Origin: Podarcis filfolensis
Lineage: Eukaryota
Length of the DNA stretch: 64,000 nucleotides
Direction: 5' to 3' (one strand)
NCBI GenBank assembly: GCA_964270895.1
Contig: OZ185440.1
Shown in pieces: positions 1 through 11,799 of this stretch (positions are counted from its first letter, which is position 1; each line of letters begins with the position of its first letter). The notes beneath the pieces were generated by a model. That model was given only the letters and a program-made list of their open reading frames with translations. It did not search any database and was not told the DNA's origin. The translations under genes and the position numbers were made by a program.

Positions 1-313
1 ATTCTGCTGAAATTACATCTGTAAAATGAAAGTGAGCATTGCTTTGAAAGCACTGTCTTCCCTTATCCCACTCTACCATTCGCAAGCAGAAATGTGAAAA
101 TACATATGTATAAAAACAAATAAAGGAGCAGATTAGAACTTTCAAAGAAGAGGACGTTTTTGTGTGGTTGTCAAGGCTGGTTCTTATGACTGATCCAGTT
201 GTGATATCAGCAATGATACAATTGTACTGCCTTCCATTTTATATCCCATTAGACCAGTATCTTAAATCCCAACATTTTAAGAAGGTTTCTGAACAATTCT
301 AGCCTCACTTTAC

Positions 314-388
314 CTGCAGTCCGCATGACCTGTTCCCAGAGTTTATTGTCCACTTCTGAACTTTTCTTTGCCTTCTTGAGTCCATTAC
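314..388 (-). CDS. Candidate internal coding exon of an unidentified gene (75 bp; most protein-like frame G-NGLKKAKKSSEVDNKLWEQVMRTA, phase 1/1)
   Basis: Minus strand reads tttctctcaacag|GTAATGG...ACTGCAG|gtaaag: pyrimidine-rich acceptor, CAG/GTAAAG donor, length divisible by 3, two of three frames open, non-repeat sequence. No protein family recognised. Confidence 0.45.
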
Positions 389-570
389 CTGTTGAGAGAA
401 ATATGTTTAATGTCACTTTGATGTCCTGTGTTCATAACATTTAGCAATCTGTTAGTGCTGTATGTAAAATTTATAACAATAGAATCCCACTGTCCAGAGT
501 GTGAGCAAGAAACACACCCATCACAATCATTGCTTTGATTAGTTTTGTACCGAAAGTCTTGCATTCAGAA

Positions 571-959
571 AAAAAGGTAAAAGGTAAAGGACCCCTGACA
601 GTTAAGTCCAGTCGCAGACGACTTTGGGATTGCAGCACTCATCTCGCTTTACAGGCCGAGGGAGCCGGCGTTTGTCCACAGACAGTTTTTCTGGGTCATG
701 TGGCCAGCATGATTAAGCCGCTTCTGGCACAAAAGAACACCGAAACCAGAGCAGCGCACAGAAACACCATTTACCTTCCCGTTGCAGCGGTACCTATTTA
801 TCTATTTGCACTTTTTGGCGTACTTTTGAACTGCTAGGTTGGCAGGAGCTGGGACCAAGGAACTGGAGCTCACCCCGTCGCAGGGTTTCAAACTGCCGAC
901 CTTCTGATCAGCAAGCCCAAGAGGCTCAGTGGTTTAAACCACAGCGCCACCCGCGTCCC
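571..959 (-). mobile_element. Sauria SINE (POM-type), full length
   Basis: tRNA-derived head (gggacgcgggtggcgctgtgg on minus) and ACCTTT-type tail. Perfect 13-bp TSD cttgcattcagaa at 558-570 and 960-972. Confidence 0.95.
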
Positions 960-1696
960 CTTGCATTCAGAACCAAGAGCTAGAAAACCAGATTCCAGAT
1001 GTGGCTTGCTTATACATACACCAAGCATGTATGGTGCTGAACTGCAGTAGGACACGGATTCCGTTAATACCAGAGAGAGATTCCATTTATACCGGGTGAG
1101 ATTAGACTGAAGGCGATTGTAGATGGAGATTTGACTTGAGTTAACAATTTCCTTTTACCATTTCCCTACTTAATGTGGTAAGTTGATAGAACATTATTTC
1201 ACCAGCCCTTTCAAAAAGGATGACAAATCCCTCAACAAAGGAAAGAATGACTCAATGGCACCAACTAGCCCAGAGCCTGAATGTTGTAAAGAAATGAAAC
1301 ATTAGGGTTTTTTGTGTGTGATATATTTGCAAAATTGGATTAACGGGAAGCCATGTGTTGGGAACCATAAGTTACACCTTATCTTGGAAAGGATTTAAAT
1401 TTCTGCTCTTGCATGCCTATGCAGTTTGAAAAGAGGCTTTAATTTTACGAGCCTCCGTGGATTCCTACACAAATCTGCAGCTGAAAAGACAGTTCAAGTT
1501 ATTTGATGTGGAGCTAAGAGTTAGACCAGGCCTAGAAGAATAAGGATTTATGGTTTCTGGCTATAGTGTTGCAAGTACATTTTGGAATGTTGCTACAGTT
1601 CCCCACCCTCATCCACTACTTGCTCCGGTTCTCCATAATACTGATACAATTTGAAATCTTGCACTTATATGCAACTATATAGATGAACATGTATAT

Positions 1697-2321
1697 CTGG
1701 ATTACTGCGACATTCTCAATGTGAGGTTGCCTTTGGAAAGTGTTTGGAAACTTCAGCAGGTCCTAGGTGCTGCAGCCAGATTGCTGAATGAAACCGGATA
1801 CAGGGAAAGCAGAAACTCATTTTCATAGGAGCTTCCCTGGTTACCGGTTTGTTTCCAGGCACAATTCAAATTGCTGGTTATGACCTACAAAGCCATATAT
1901 GTCTTGGATCCAGGCTGTCTGAAGCACTGCATCTCTTTATATGAGCTGGCTCAGCCATTAGGCAGACTGAGGAGACTGCTTCAGGAGGCAGAAGCCCCCA
2001 AGGCAGCAGTCCCATAGGCTGGTGGTATGGCGGCAGCAGCAGTGGCAGCAGAAGGCAGGACTTTCTGTTTCACCTCAAGCGATGAAACAGGATATGCCAC
2101 CCCTGCTGCCCGGGATTTGAGATCCTCTAGGGAGGCCTTTCTCTCAGTCCTTCCCCCTTCACAGGCACATTTGGTGAGTGCATGAGAAAGAGCCTTCTTG
2201 GTGGCTGCACCCAGATTGTGGAACTCCCTTCCATAATCTGGGTGCAGAAACTAAGCTGGCCCCCTCTCTACTTTCCATATGCTATCAGGCAAAAACTTTT
2301 TTTTATTCAGACAGGCCTTTG
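1697..2321 (+). mobile_element. Degraded L2 LINE 3' region (ORF2 C-terminus), interrupted at about 1943-2105
   Basis: ctggattactgc...gcagccagattgctg...acctacaaagcc resembles the LDYCN/AAARLL/TYKAL motifs seen in the better-preserved copy at 40696-41423. Confidence 0.8.
1943..2105. mobile_element. Short non-autonomous hAT-like element inserted in L2
   Basis: cattaggcagactgag and tcacctcaag...acaggatatgccacccctg match both ends of the 18051-18690 element. No clean TSD. Confidence 0.6.
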
Positions 2322-2780
2322 TCTGCTAACCAGCTGTTGTTGCGGCAGGGTCTTCCGGGAGTGGGGTGTGTTGTACATTCCCTTTTCTTTTTTGAACTTT
2401 ATTTTTTTTCTACATTTCTGATGATCCTCACTGATATCTGAGATAAGGAGCATGGCTGCAGAAAGCCCCGATGCTAGGAAACTGGACAGCGTGTATGACT
2501 GATGCTGAAGGAAGGAAGGGATCCCTCTGGTCATTGTTACAGTCCAAAGGGTTGTATGAATCAGTTACCACTCTCAGACCTGCAAAAACTGTAGCACGTA
2601 AATATAATGGTTAGGCAGCACCGTGCTGTGCCTCTGTGTCTCCAGATGAACTCTGGAATAAGAGATCATGGCCAGGTGTGTGTGCTCTGGGGTGGGGGGG
2701 TGGGGAATGGTCTTGCAGGCCAAACTGGATGCCCTGGTTGGCCCAGATTAGCCCATGGACCAGAGGTTCCTGAGCCCTGA

Positions 2781-2890
2781 TCTACACTGACTGGCAACAG
2801 TTTTCCAGGGTTTTGGACTTGAGTTTTTCCCAACGCTAACTGGAGATACCAGGATTGAACCTGTGACTTTTATATGCAAAGCCTCTGCCT
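2781..2890 (-). mobile_element. Squam3-like tRNA-derived SINE fragment
   Basis: tctacactgactggc...ctggagataccaggattgaacctg: reverse complement of the B-box and body of the Squam3-type SINE as recalled. Confidence 0.65.
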
Positions 2891-4217
2891 CCAGATTTCT
2901 CCACTATTGAGTTTCCTGAACCAGTCTGAAGGCTAGAAACATCTTTTGAAAACTGAGTTTCTCAGCATTCCTAAGATGCACAGAAATCCTGATGTCTCCT
3001 GTGCTGCCCACCTCTGGGATAACATGTGCACCAATTACCATTGTCACATGTGTGTTGATAGTCATCAATCAAGCACATTCCATATATTTTAAATCCCTAA
3101 GTTTTCTGTCTGTAGTCTAATTGGTGGGAAATTGGTTGCTGATGATCAGGAAATAGCCAATTTTCTATCTATTACACTGAACCATCACTACTTTTCTTTT
3201 TTAAAAATACACATTACTAATATGTAAACTGCAGATTAAGGTATTGAGCTAATTCCTGCATTCTCTCTCCCCCCCCCCCCCAAGCAACTGCCTTACAAAG
3301 TTGTGATTAACTACTAGGGAGGACCAATTTTGCTGGGAGTATTTTTTAAATGTGGCGCAGATCTCTTCTACATAAATGTTGCTATTCATTAGGCACTTGC
3401 GGGGTTAAAGGGGGGGGGGAGTGGCAGGCTGCCAGATATGTAAAACAAGTCTATAAGCTGGCAGAGTAGTTTATAATTACTGCTATTAAAATACATATAG
3501 TTACAATGTGTTGAGAAAATGCCAACATTCACCTGAGGGCAATATTTTGAGTATGATTTCACTCTATGATTAAGGATTTCGGAAGGAAGAGACAAGATAT
3601 TAATTAAAGCAGGAGGAGAAAATACCTCCTTAATGAGCTGGTGAAATACAAGTTGTACGAAAGCAGGATCTTTTTAATAACTGCCTCCTGAGTCACTCCC
3701 TTCACAGAGTGGCCCTTTTCCTTCTGTTATTCTTGAATATTTTGACATAAACATTCAGGGCCTCATCCTCAGCATTTGTCCTGCGATGCTCATATTCATT
3801 CTTTTCATGTGGTTATACCTGAATTAATCGCCATAAGAACGTTAGGTTTAAAGCTTAAGGAATATTATATATAGATAGGTAATAATAAACACTAACACCT
3901 ATTAAAGATGAGTTGTTGCAGACCTAAAAAGCACTATAAAAATGATTAGCAAACGTGTGTTCTGTTTTCCCTGTGATGCTCATTTCTTCAACTTGTATGA
4001 CTGGTTTAAAGCAGTTCTTGATGAAGTTTAAAGACTTGTGGTCAGACCATAGCACTGGAACTCATGTAAACTATTTTTCAGGCCTGTTTTTGTCACATGG
4101 TGTATGTAAACTTGGGCAGATCACTTGAACTTGGGTGTGTCCCAATTCTCCTCTGAAAAATCAGGCATCATATCCTGCCCAAGTTGTCTGTGGCTTATTT
4201 CATGAACTCCACTTTTA

Positions 4218-4556
4218 GATATGATAGCCATCATCAAATATCTCAAGGGCTGCCACATGGAAGATGGAGTTGGCTTGATATCTCCTGCTCTGGAGGGTAA
4301 GATCCAAACCAACGGCTTCAAGTTACAAGAAAGGAGATTCTCACTAAACATCAGGAAGAAATTTCTGACAGGAAGATCTGTTCGATAGTGGAACAGAATC
4401 CCTCAGAAGGGAGTGGACTCTCCTTCCTTGGAGGTTTTTAATGAGAGGTTGGATGGCCACCTGTCAAGGATGCTTTAGTTGAGATTCTTGCATTGCATGG
4501 GATTTGGATTTGACGACGCTCAGGGTCCCTTCCAACTCTACAATTCCATGATTCTA
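4218..4556 (+). mobile_element. CR1 LINE 3' end
   Basis: Translates DMIAIIKYLKGCHMEDG...FKLQERRFSLNIRKKFLT. Ends in the CR1 3' UTR cccttccaactctacaattccatgattcta. Confidence 0.9.
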
Positions 4557-5092
4557 GGATAATTAGAAGTTAGTTGCTTTGAAGCAAACAGAAATGGCTT
4601 CTGAAAGTAGGCTTTCAATAGTTTGCAAAGTCCTGGATTCTAGTATTTGTTGCTTTGTAAAAGAACATAAATATATATGAAGGAGATTGTGCCATGCCAG
4701 CTACCATCTGTCTCACACTGGCCACAAAGTCCCCCTGGTATCACAGTGCTTTAAATTATGGTGTGAATGTGGCCTACGTGATGGTGGTTCACCCCTCACT
4801 ACTAGGACACAAAAGCCACAAAAAGTGCTTAAATGTACTTTTTTTTAGTACCACAGGAGAAACTGACCCAAGCCTTTTCAAAGTCCTTAACTTCAAAATG
4901 AATAGTTCTGTAGCTATGGCAGGCCACTTCACACATTCAGCTGGCCTGGGAGATGCTTAGTGAAGGAGTGGTGCCCAAGTAGTGACTATATCAAACATAA
5001 GCTTATATGTGAACAAAAGAGAGGCCTTCAGACGTCTCAGTCTAAGTATATTGACTACGTTGCACTATTTATGTCAACTTCCAAATACAGGT

Positions 5093-5155
5093 TTCTTCTT
5101 CTTCTTCTTCTTCTTCTTCTTCTTCTTCTTCTTCTTCTTCTTCTTCTTCTTCTTC
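5093..5155. repeat. (TTC)21 perfect microsatellite
   Basis: Counted directly: 63 bp. Confidence 0.98.
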
Positions 5156-5934
5156 GCAGAATGGGACTGGAGAAAGGTGAATGTTGTTCTAAAGCCAATG
5201 CCATTAAAAGCAGAATGGAAATGATGATGGAAGAATTGGAATTTTCTTCAGACACCAGATTAACCACTCGTGTGTGTGCATACACAAACACACACACACA
5301 GAACCCTGGAATCTTTAACAGCCAGAGGTGGACCTTAGTTTGATACCTCTTCTAAAGAATCTTGCAGATTGTCTCTCTGGGAAATCATGGACTGCAAAAC
5401 TTTAATTCTTGCCAGGGAGTCCAGTGCATGATTTTTACGAAGAAAAATGTGATTCTTTTAATGCCAGCACCTTTTATTTGTAGAACTTGAAAGAAAGTTA
5501 TAAACTACTTTGGGGTTCTGTGCGAGCCACTTGGACAAGTGCCCAACAGTTGGTTTCACTTATTCTCAACATTTTTGACTGCTCTCACTGAAACAAAAAT
5601 GAGATAAAGTAGCAGAAAGAAAACAAACTCCTCATCTCTTTTGCCCCCATTTCTCTCTCTCCTGGAGTTGCTATTCTGGCTCATTTAACTGCTTGGTGTA
5701 GAATAGGCAATGCAAATATGTGTTGCTAATTGAAAAATGTAAATGTACCTGCATTCCTGTGTCAAAATCTTACAGCCAGCAGCCCGTTCATGAGGGTCAG
5801 TTTATAGTTGTAGAGGAGCAAACCAAAGTTTAAGTCTTTGCAGCTAAGAAATGTGTCATTTGCTAGGCATGTGAGCTACAGCCCAGCTACGATGACCTTT
5901 TTGACATAAGCAGTGCGCCGCAGAACCTGCTACT

Positions 5935-6010
5935 ATTAAGAGTACAACCCTGAACACATATACTCATGAGTAAGCCCTACTGAACACAGTGGACTTCTGC
6001 AAAAACATGC
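5935..6010. repeat. Degraded short palindromic interspersed repeat (related copies at about 13195-13270, 39755-39830, 59515-59595)
   Basis: Shared motif gagtaagccc(c/t)actga...tgg(a/g)actt among the copies. Family not named. Confidence 0.5.
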
Positions 6011-6902
6011 TCGACCAGAACCACTCTGGGTAGATCAAAGCAAGCCTTAACTTACGGTATGTCTCCTCAAAGCTCAATTAATCATCTTTTAAAGTCTGAT
6101 AATAGCGTATTTGAAGTAACAATATCTGAAAGTGCCTTTGAGCAAGAATATAGTGCTTTTTCCTGACCCTAGAGCAAAGGCAGATGATTCTCCATATATT
6201 AGGGATTAAGAGAAGAGCTTCCAGACCTTTGGTGGGGTTGCACCTGGAATGAGGCTTATACTTTAAAATGATATAATGCCAAACCATATATTTAAAATAA
6301 CCTAAAATTTGGCCTTAGTCATTTCCAGTCTCAGCCAATGGCACAATCTGCAATCTGCTCTTGTGTAATCCACTGTCCACAAAGAGCCAGTGGTCTAAAA
6401 TAGGTTTACTAAATCTTCACTATTGTTACACTGAGCCTTTCATCTTTCCCATTGTCTACTTCCACCTCCTTAGTGCCTCTCAAAGGGTCACACACACTCT
6501 CCCCACTTCATAAAGTTGTGTTATTTTATGACAGTGAGCCTGACACAAATCTTTTCAGCAGGCATCTGATTTCTTCACCAAAGAACTAGATCAGCATCAG
6601 TCATCCTACGTGGGCTGAGCAAAAACATGTCTTCATCATGCACCCGGATTGCTGGTGAGCCTATAATGGGCTAAGAAGGAAAAAATACTCAACCACATCA
6701 AACGTTGTGTGTCATAAGGGCAGTTGCTTAACCCGGATGTATGTCTCCTTTCACTGACTCTTGACTAGGAATTTGTAGGTCTCAAGGGATGCCCATGACA
6801 TGCTTGCAGCTGCTCAGTTGCCTAAAGGCTAACACATCCACACATCCACACACCCAGAAGCACATGGCAGCAGTACTGCAGCATGGGATGTCTGTCTACA
6901 CC

Positions 6903-6959
<57 letters not shown>
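6903..6959. repeat. Compound (GT)n(GA)n microsatellite
   Basis: Seen directly. Confidence 0.95.
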
Positions 6960-6996
6960 CACACTATCCCTGTTTATTAGAAGGTAAACTCTAAAA

Positions 6997-7200
6997 AGAA
7001 GAGTTTGGATTTGAAGGAGTCTCAAAGCGGCTTTCCCTTCCTCCCCCACAAAAAAACACTCTGTGAGGTGAATGGGGCTGAGAGACTTCAGAGAAGTGTA
7101 ACTAGCCCAAGGTCACCCAGCAGCTGCATGTGGAGGAGCGGGGAAGCGAACCCGGTTCACCAGATTACGAGTCTACCGCTCTTAACCACTACACCACACT
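6997..7200 (-). mobile_element. Squam1-like SINE with a small 3' internal deletion
   Basis: Reverse complement aligns by eye to 44720-44975: agtgtggtgtagtggttaagagcgg head and ccaaactcttc tail. Confidence 0.9.
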
Positions 7201-7394
7201 GTAAATGCCAGAAAAAGTGAATCAAATGTAGGTGGACCCTCCTACTTACATCATATCCCTACAGCTGTCCCACTCCCAAGCAACTGTTCTTGTTGTTCCC
7301 AAGCATTGGAGGAGGTTGACGTAAAAGTCCAAGGGTAGTTGAGTTAAGGTTACTCCTAGCAACCCTTGCACTATGGTAACTCCCCACTGCAGCC

Positions 7395-7697
7395 TAATAA
7401 TTATTATAACAACAACAACTTATTTATATGCTGTCCATCTGGGTTGCCCCAGCCACTCTGGGTGGCTTCTGGCAAATTAAAACATCAAAGACAGTAAACA
7501 GCAAGCACTTAAAACTAAAAGTCAGATAGTTCTTCATTTCCTTGACATCTGATGGGAGGGCATTACACAGGGTGGATGTGACTACTGAGAAGGCCCCCTG
7601 CCCAATTCCCTGTAACCTCACTTCTTGCAATGGGAGAGCAGCCATAAGGCCCTCGGAGGAGGACCTCAGTGTGTGGGCTGAAGGGTGGGGTTGGAGG
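7395..7697 (-). mobile_element. L2 LINE 3' end
   Basis: Minus ORF includes HTLRSSSEGL...QGAFSVVTSTLCNALPSDVKE. Tail gggttgccccagccactctgggtggcttc followed by AT-rich repeats. Confidence 0.85.
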
Positions 7698-8585
7698 TAT
7701 ATAGGGTAGAAGCCTCGCAATGAGCAGAAAACATACACCATCACCTCAAATCGAAACCCTGGAACATCCGGGAAGGAGACTGAGAAGTTCAGGGCCCCTT
7801 AGATCAATCTGGCTGTTTGGCTGTTTTGATGTGTTGTAGGAGCTGTACACAGTAAAATCCAACTCAGCTTAATATCTAGGCATGTTGAATGGTCTGTGAC
7901 CCTTGTTGAAAGACTCTGAGAAGTACCTTCTGCATTCCTATCTATTTCCCTGCTGTTTTATTTCTTCTTACTTGTGGGGCTTGTTCAGTCTAACACAAGT
8001 AAACAATCCTAATCGCTGGCAGTTCATTTCACATACATATGAACATGAGTCATTTTGTGTTTTGACTATTTCTTGCCCATTTGCGTTTCCTGACCTTTTC
8101 CCAAACTGCTAGAGCTGGTGCACATAAAACAGTTGCCATGCTGAGGTCACTTTGAGCGGTTCCCTACAGAGTGGAGTTGAGCTCTCTATGCTGCAAGCTG
8201 TTGGCATGAAGAGGTTGTTTGAGTAGGCTTTTAAAAATAGGCGGATTTTTGCTCACACAGATTTCACCTTGTTTTAAAGAGCCAATTCTAAGCACATCTC
8301 CAGTGCAAAAAGAGAAAAGTGGGACTCCACATTCCTGGATTCAGTGGAACATTAGTGGTGTGTGTGTGAACATGGGTTCTCCACACCAGTGGAAACCCTC
8401 CTTGATCAGGGTTCCCAATGGTATGGGAAAATTGGGCATGGAAAGCATCAGACATGTAGCTTCCACCACCTGACAATCTCCTCAACATGTGGCCACCAGG
8501 TGACAGGAAGGGAGGCACACAGATGTTCAGATGGGTGCAGGAGGTACAGTCCCAGTTCCCCTTACATGTGTGGAGGGAACTTTTC

Positions 8586-8844
8586 CAGGACCGGCCCAAT
8601 CCTTTTTTGCTGCCTGAGACAAATGACAAAATGGCGCCTCCTCCATTCAATCTACAAAAGCAGGCCAGATGGCCTCTGGCAATGGGAGATTGTCCTCCGC
8701 AGCACCTGAGGGTAGCAGGCTAAATGAGGAGGGAAAGGGCAGACCAAGTGGTACACACAGCTTTATCCTCCAAGAACTTACCACTGACCCCTGCCCCTTG
8801 GCATCTGCTGCCTCTCACTCTTTCTAACAATAGGCCTAGCATTG
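8586..8844. mobile_element. Old non-autonomous hAT-like element
   Basis: Start caggaccggccc...ttttgctgcctgag...gacaaaatggcgcc is homologous to 51289-51564. Possible 8-bp TSD aacttttc/ggctcttc (5/8, all transitions). Confidence 0.55.
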
Positions 8845-9266
8845 GGCTCTTCTGAACAGCCCTTCTGCCATATTTGGGCTCAGAAGGGGATCTCCACTGA
8901 GACACATATGCATTGATCCAAAAATTATATTATTTTGTTGTTATTTCAGTGCTGTTTTTTGAAAGGGGAACCAAAGGGCAGCCATATGTTCTACTTCACA
9001 GATGAAAGCCTGCTACCTGAAGGCTTCCTCTCTTTGAAGAGTTGCCCAGTCCAAGTGTGTTTTCAAGACAAAGAACTCAAAGAAGGGAGAGCAGGAAGGG
9101 CCTTGAAGCAGCCCATCAACATTTAGCACCCGGACAGCTGACTGAGTAGGCACACAGGTCACCTTGTCATATTATGGCTCTGCACCGTGCTGATATTTAT
9201 TATATTTCTGTTTACGTTATGGTAATTATTTCTAAATTTATTCCTATATCTAGAAATTAGCACATA

Positions 9267-9492
9267 CAGTGGTACCTCGGGTTAAAAACTTAATTTGTTC
9301 TGGAGGTCTGTTCTTAACCTGAAACTGTTCTTAACCTGAGGTACCACTTTAGCTAATGGGGCCTCCTGCTGCCGCTGCGCCACTGCTGCACGATTTCTGT
9401 TCTCATCCTGAAGCAAAGTTCTTAACCCAAGGTACTATTTCTGGGTTAGCAGAGTCTGTAACCTGAAGCGTCTGTAACCTGAGGTACCACTG
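9267..9492. mobile_element. 226-bp Tc1/mariner-pogo (Tigger-like) MITE
   Basis: TIR cagtggtacctcgggtta / taacctgaggtaccactg (17/18), TA on both sides. Confidence 0.93.
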
Positions 9493-9922
9493 TACACATT
9501 TGTGCAGATCTGTCCCTTCTTTTGTCCTCCTTTTTGGGTGATGCATGCTCTCTTTTTCGTCAATGCATAACTGGCTACCCTTAGGGGGCAATGTTTGCCT
9601 CTACACTGCAGAGTTGAGGACTTTTGCATAAACCAGCTCAAGCAATGATGAAAGTGCCTTTCTGCAGAATCTGCACTTTTCTGCTCGGGGCACTGTGTGT
9701 ATTTTCTTCTATGAAGCTGTTGCGGGAGGTGGGGGACAGAACTACAGTTCCCTGGTAGAATACCTATTAGGAGGCAAAGGGACCCATCTTCTATCCCTGG
9801 CATCTCCAGTTAATTCGGCCAACGTTTTTCCTCTGCCAGATCCTGCATTGTTTACCACGATGTCAAACGCCAGCTATCAGTTTTTTGGCCCAAGGTTAAC
9901 CTGCCAGAGGTCACATGCCAGT

Positions 9923-10140
9923 GGTAAAGGTACCCCTGACCGTTAGGTCCAGTCGCGGATGACTCTGGGGTTACGGAGCTCATCTTGCTTTACTGGCCTA
10001 GGGAGCCGGCGTATAGTTTCCGGGTCATGTGGCCAGCATGACTAAGCCTCTTCTGGCAAACCAGAGCAGCGCACAGAAATGCCATTTACCTTCCCTCTGG
10101 AGCGGTACCTATTTATCTACTTGCACTTTGATGTGCTTTC
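9923..10140 (-). mobile_element. Sauria SINE, 5'-truncated
   Basis: Matches the 3' part of the 571-959 element. Lacks the tRNA head; no TSD seen. Confidence 0.9.
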
Positions 10141-10361
10141 TGTAGGTGGGGCCAAAATGGCATGCACATGGTAACACACGAACAGTGGGCAAACAGCTCT
10201 TCTGTTCTTAGTGAATCTATGCAAATCAGCTGTGGAGGAGCTTATCAGCCCTCTGTGCTGGCCGGATGATCAATATGACGACCAGGGAGGAGCCAATTTG
10301 CATCCCCGTCAGGGTTCAGTGCCTCTTCAGCACCGTGTCTCCTTTATTTTTATTATATTTT

Positions 10362-10953
10362 CCAAGACTGCGTCTGAAGACAGTTTGGAAACTTCAGCTG
10401 GTTCGGAATTTGGCAGCCAGGTTGCTCACTGGGGCAAGACAGTTTGAGCATACTACACCGATCCTGGCAGACCTGAAATGGATGCCAATTAGCTTCTGGT
10501 CCCCATTGAAAGTGCTGGTTTTGACCTATAAAGCCTTAAACGGCTCAGGACCCCAATACCTCAAGGACTGCCTCTCCTCATATAAACTGACTCGGAGTCT
10601 GCAATCAACATCTGACACCCTTCTTCATATGCCTCCTCCACAAGAGGTCAGGAGGGTGGCAATAAAAGAAGGGCTTGTTCTGCAGTGGCTGCCCATTTGT
10701 GTATGCTCTTCCCAGGAAGAATAGGCTGGTGCCTTCATAATACACCTTTTGGCACCAGGCGAAAATGTTCCACTTCAACCAGGGCTTGGGTTGATTAACA
10801 TCCTACACACCTTTAAATGTGTCTGTGGGAGGGGGGTTATTGGTTTGTTTTGCTTGTGTTTTTGTATGTACTTTGTGTTTTTATTTTGTATTTTTATGTT
10901 GTGAACCGCACTGTGATCTTCAGCTGAAGGGTGGTATAATCATCATCATCATC
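10362..10953 (+). mobile_element. L2 LINE 3' end (older subfamily)
   Basis: ORF segment LKTVWKLQLVRNLAARLLTG...LKVLVLTYKALNGSGPQYLKD. Tail tgtgaaccgc...gaagggtggtataat(cat)n. Confidence 0.88.
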
Positions 10954-11444
10954 AGTGGGGTCTTGGAACCCCAGAAAAAAATTGCTTGAGGGCTGGGTCA
11001 GACCCCAGAACTGTGGGCTAACCACCCCAGCTCAAGCCTGATTAAGAGTTCTGGGGAACTCAAAAGCACATTAATTTTAGATATTTTGGTTGGCCTAATA
11101 AGGATATGTTGTTCTTTTCCTATGCACCATCATGGCTACTGTTACTTTTGTGAAAAGCGCAATGGTCACTACAGCTATTGGCACCATGCACTTTTAGATT
11201 CAGCTGTACAAGCTCAGCTTCATCTTTGAAAGCGGAGAGAAGGCAGACAACTCAATAACTTATTTACTGAAAAATGGAGTGATTTTATAAATATATTGGT
11301 GTAACAAGATGCAAGATCATATTTATCCATATGCTGTGCTGGAAGCAATTTAAGAAACATTTTCTTTTTTTGCTCTAAGTATTTAATGTTTTGGAAAATA
11401 TTAATATTGTATCATTTGTTTTTATTATAGCCTATATTTCTATA

Positions 11445-11799
11445 GCGGGTGACACTGTGGGTATAACCTCAGCGCCTAGGACTTGCCGATCGTCAGGTCA
11501 GCGGTTCGAATCCCCGCGGCGGGGTGTGCTCCCATTCCTCGGTCCCAGCGCCTGCCCACCTAGCAGTTCGAAAGCACCCCCGGGTACAAGTAGATAAATA
11601 GGGACCGCTTACTAGCGGGAAGGTAAACGGCGTTTCCGTGTGCTGCGCTGGCTTGCCAGATGCAGCTTGTCACGCTGGCCACGTGACCCAGAAGTGTCTG
11701 CGGACAGCGCTGGCCCCCGGCCTCTTAAGTGAGATGGGCGCACAACCCTAGAGTTGGACACGACTGGCCCGTACGGGCAGGGGTACCTTTACCTTTACT
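11445..11799 (+). mobile_element. Sauria SINE, second subfamily
   Basis: Full body with accttt tail, first few bases missing. Degenerate TSD tatatttctat (11433-11443) / tatacttctat (11800-11810). Confidence 0.93.

Noticed and set aside
3133-3162. CTGATGA...GAAA hammerhead-like words
   Set aside because: Only 4 nt between the core motifs (no helix II) and no NUH site or helix III.
4960-5343. Poly-L/F/R ORFs
   Set aside because: Artefacts of the (TTC)21 microsatellite.
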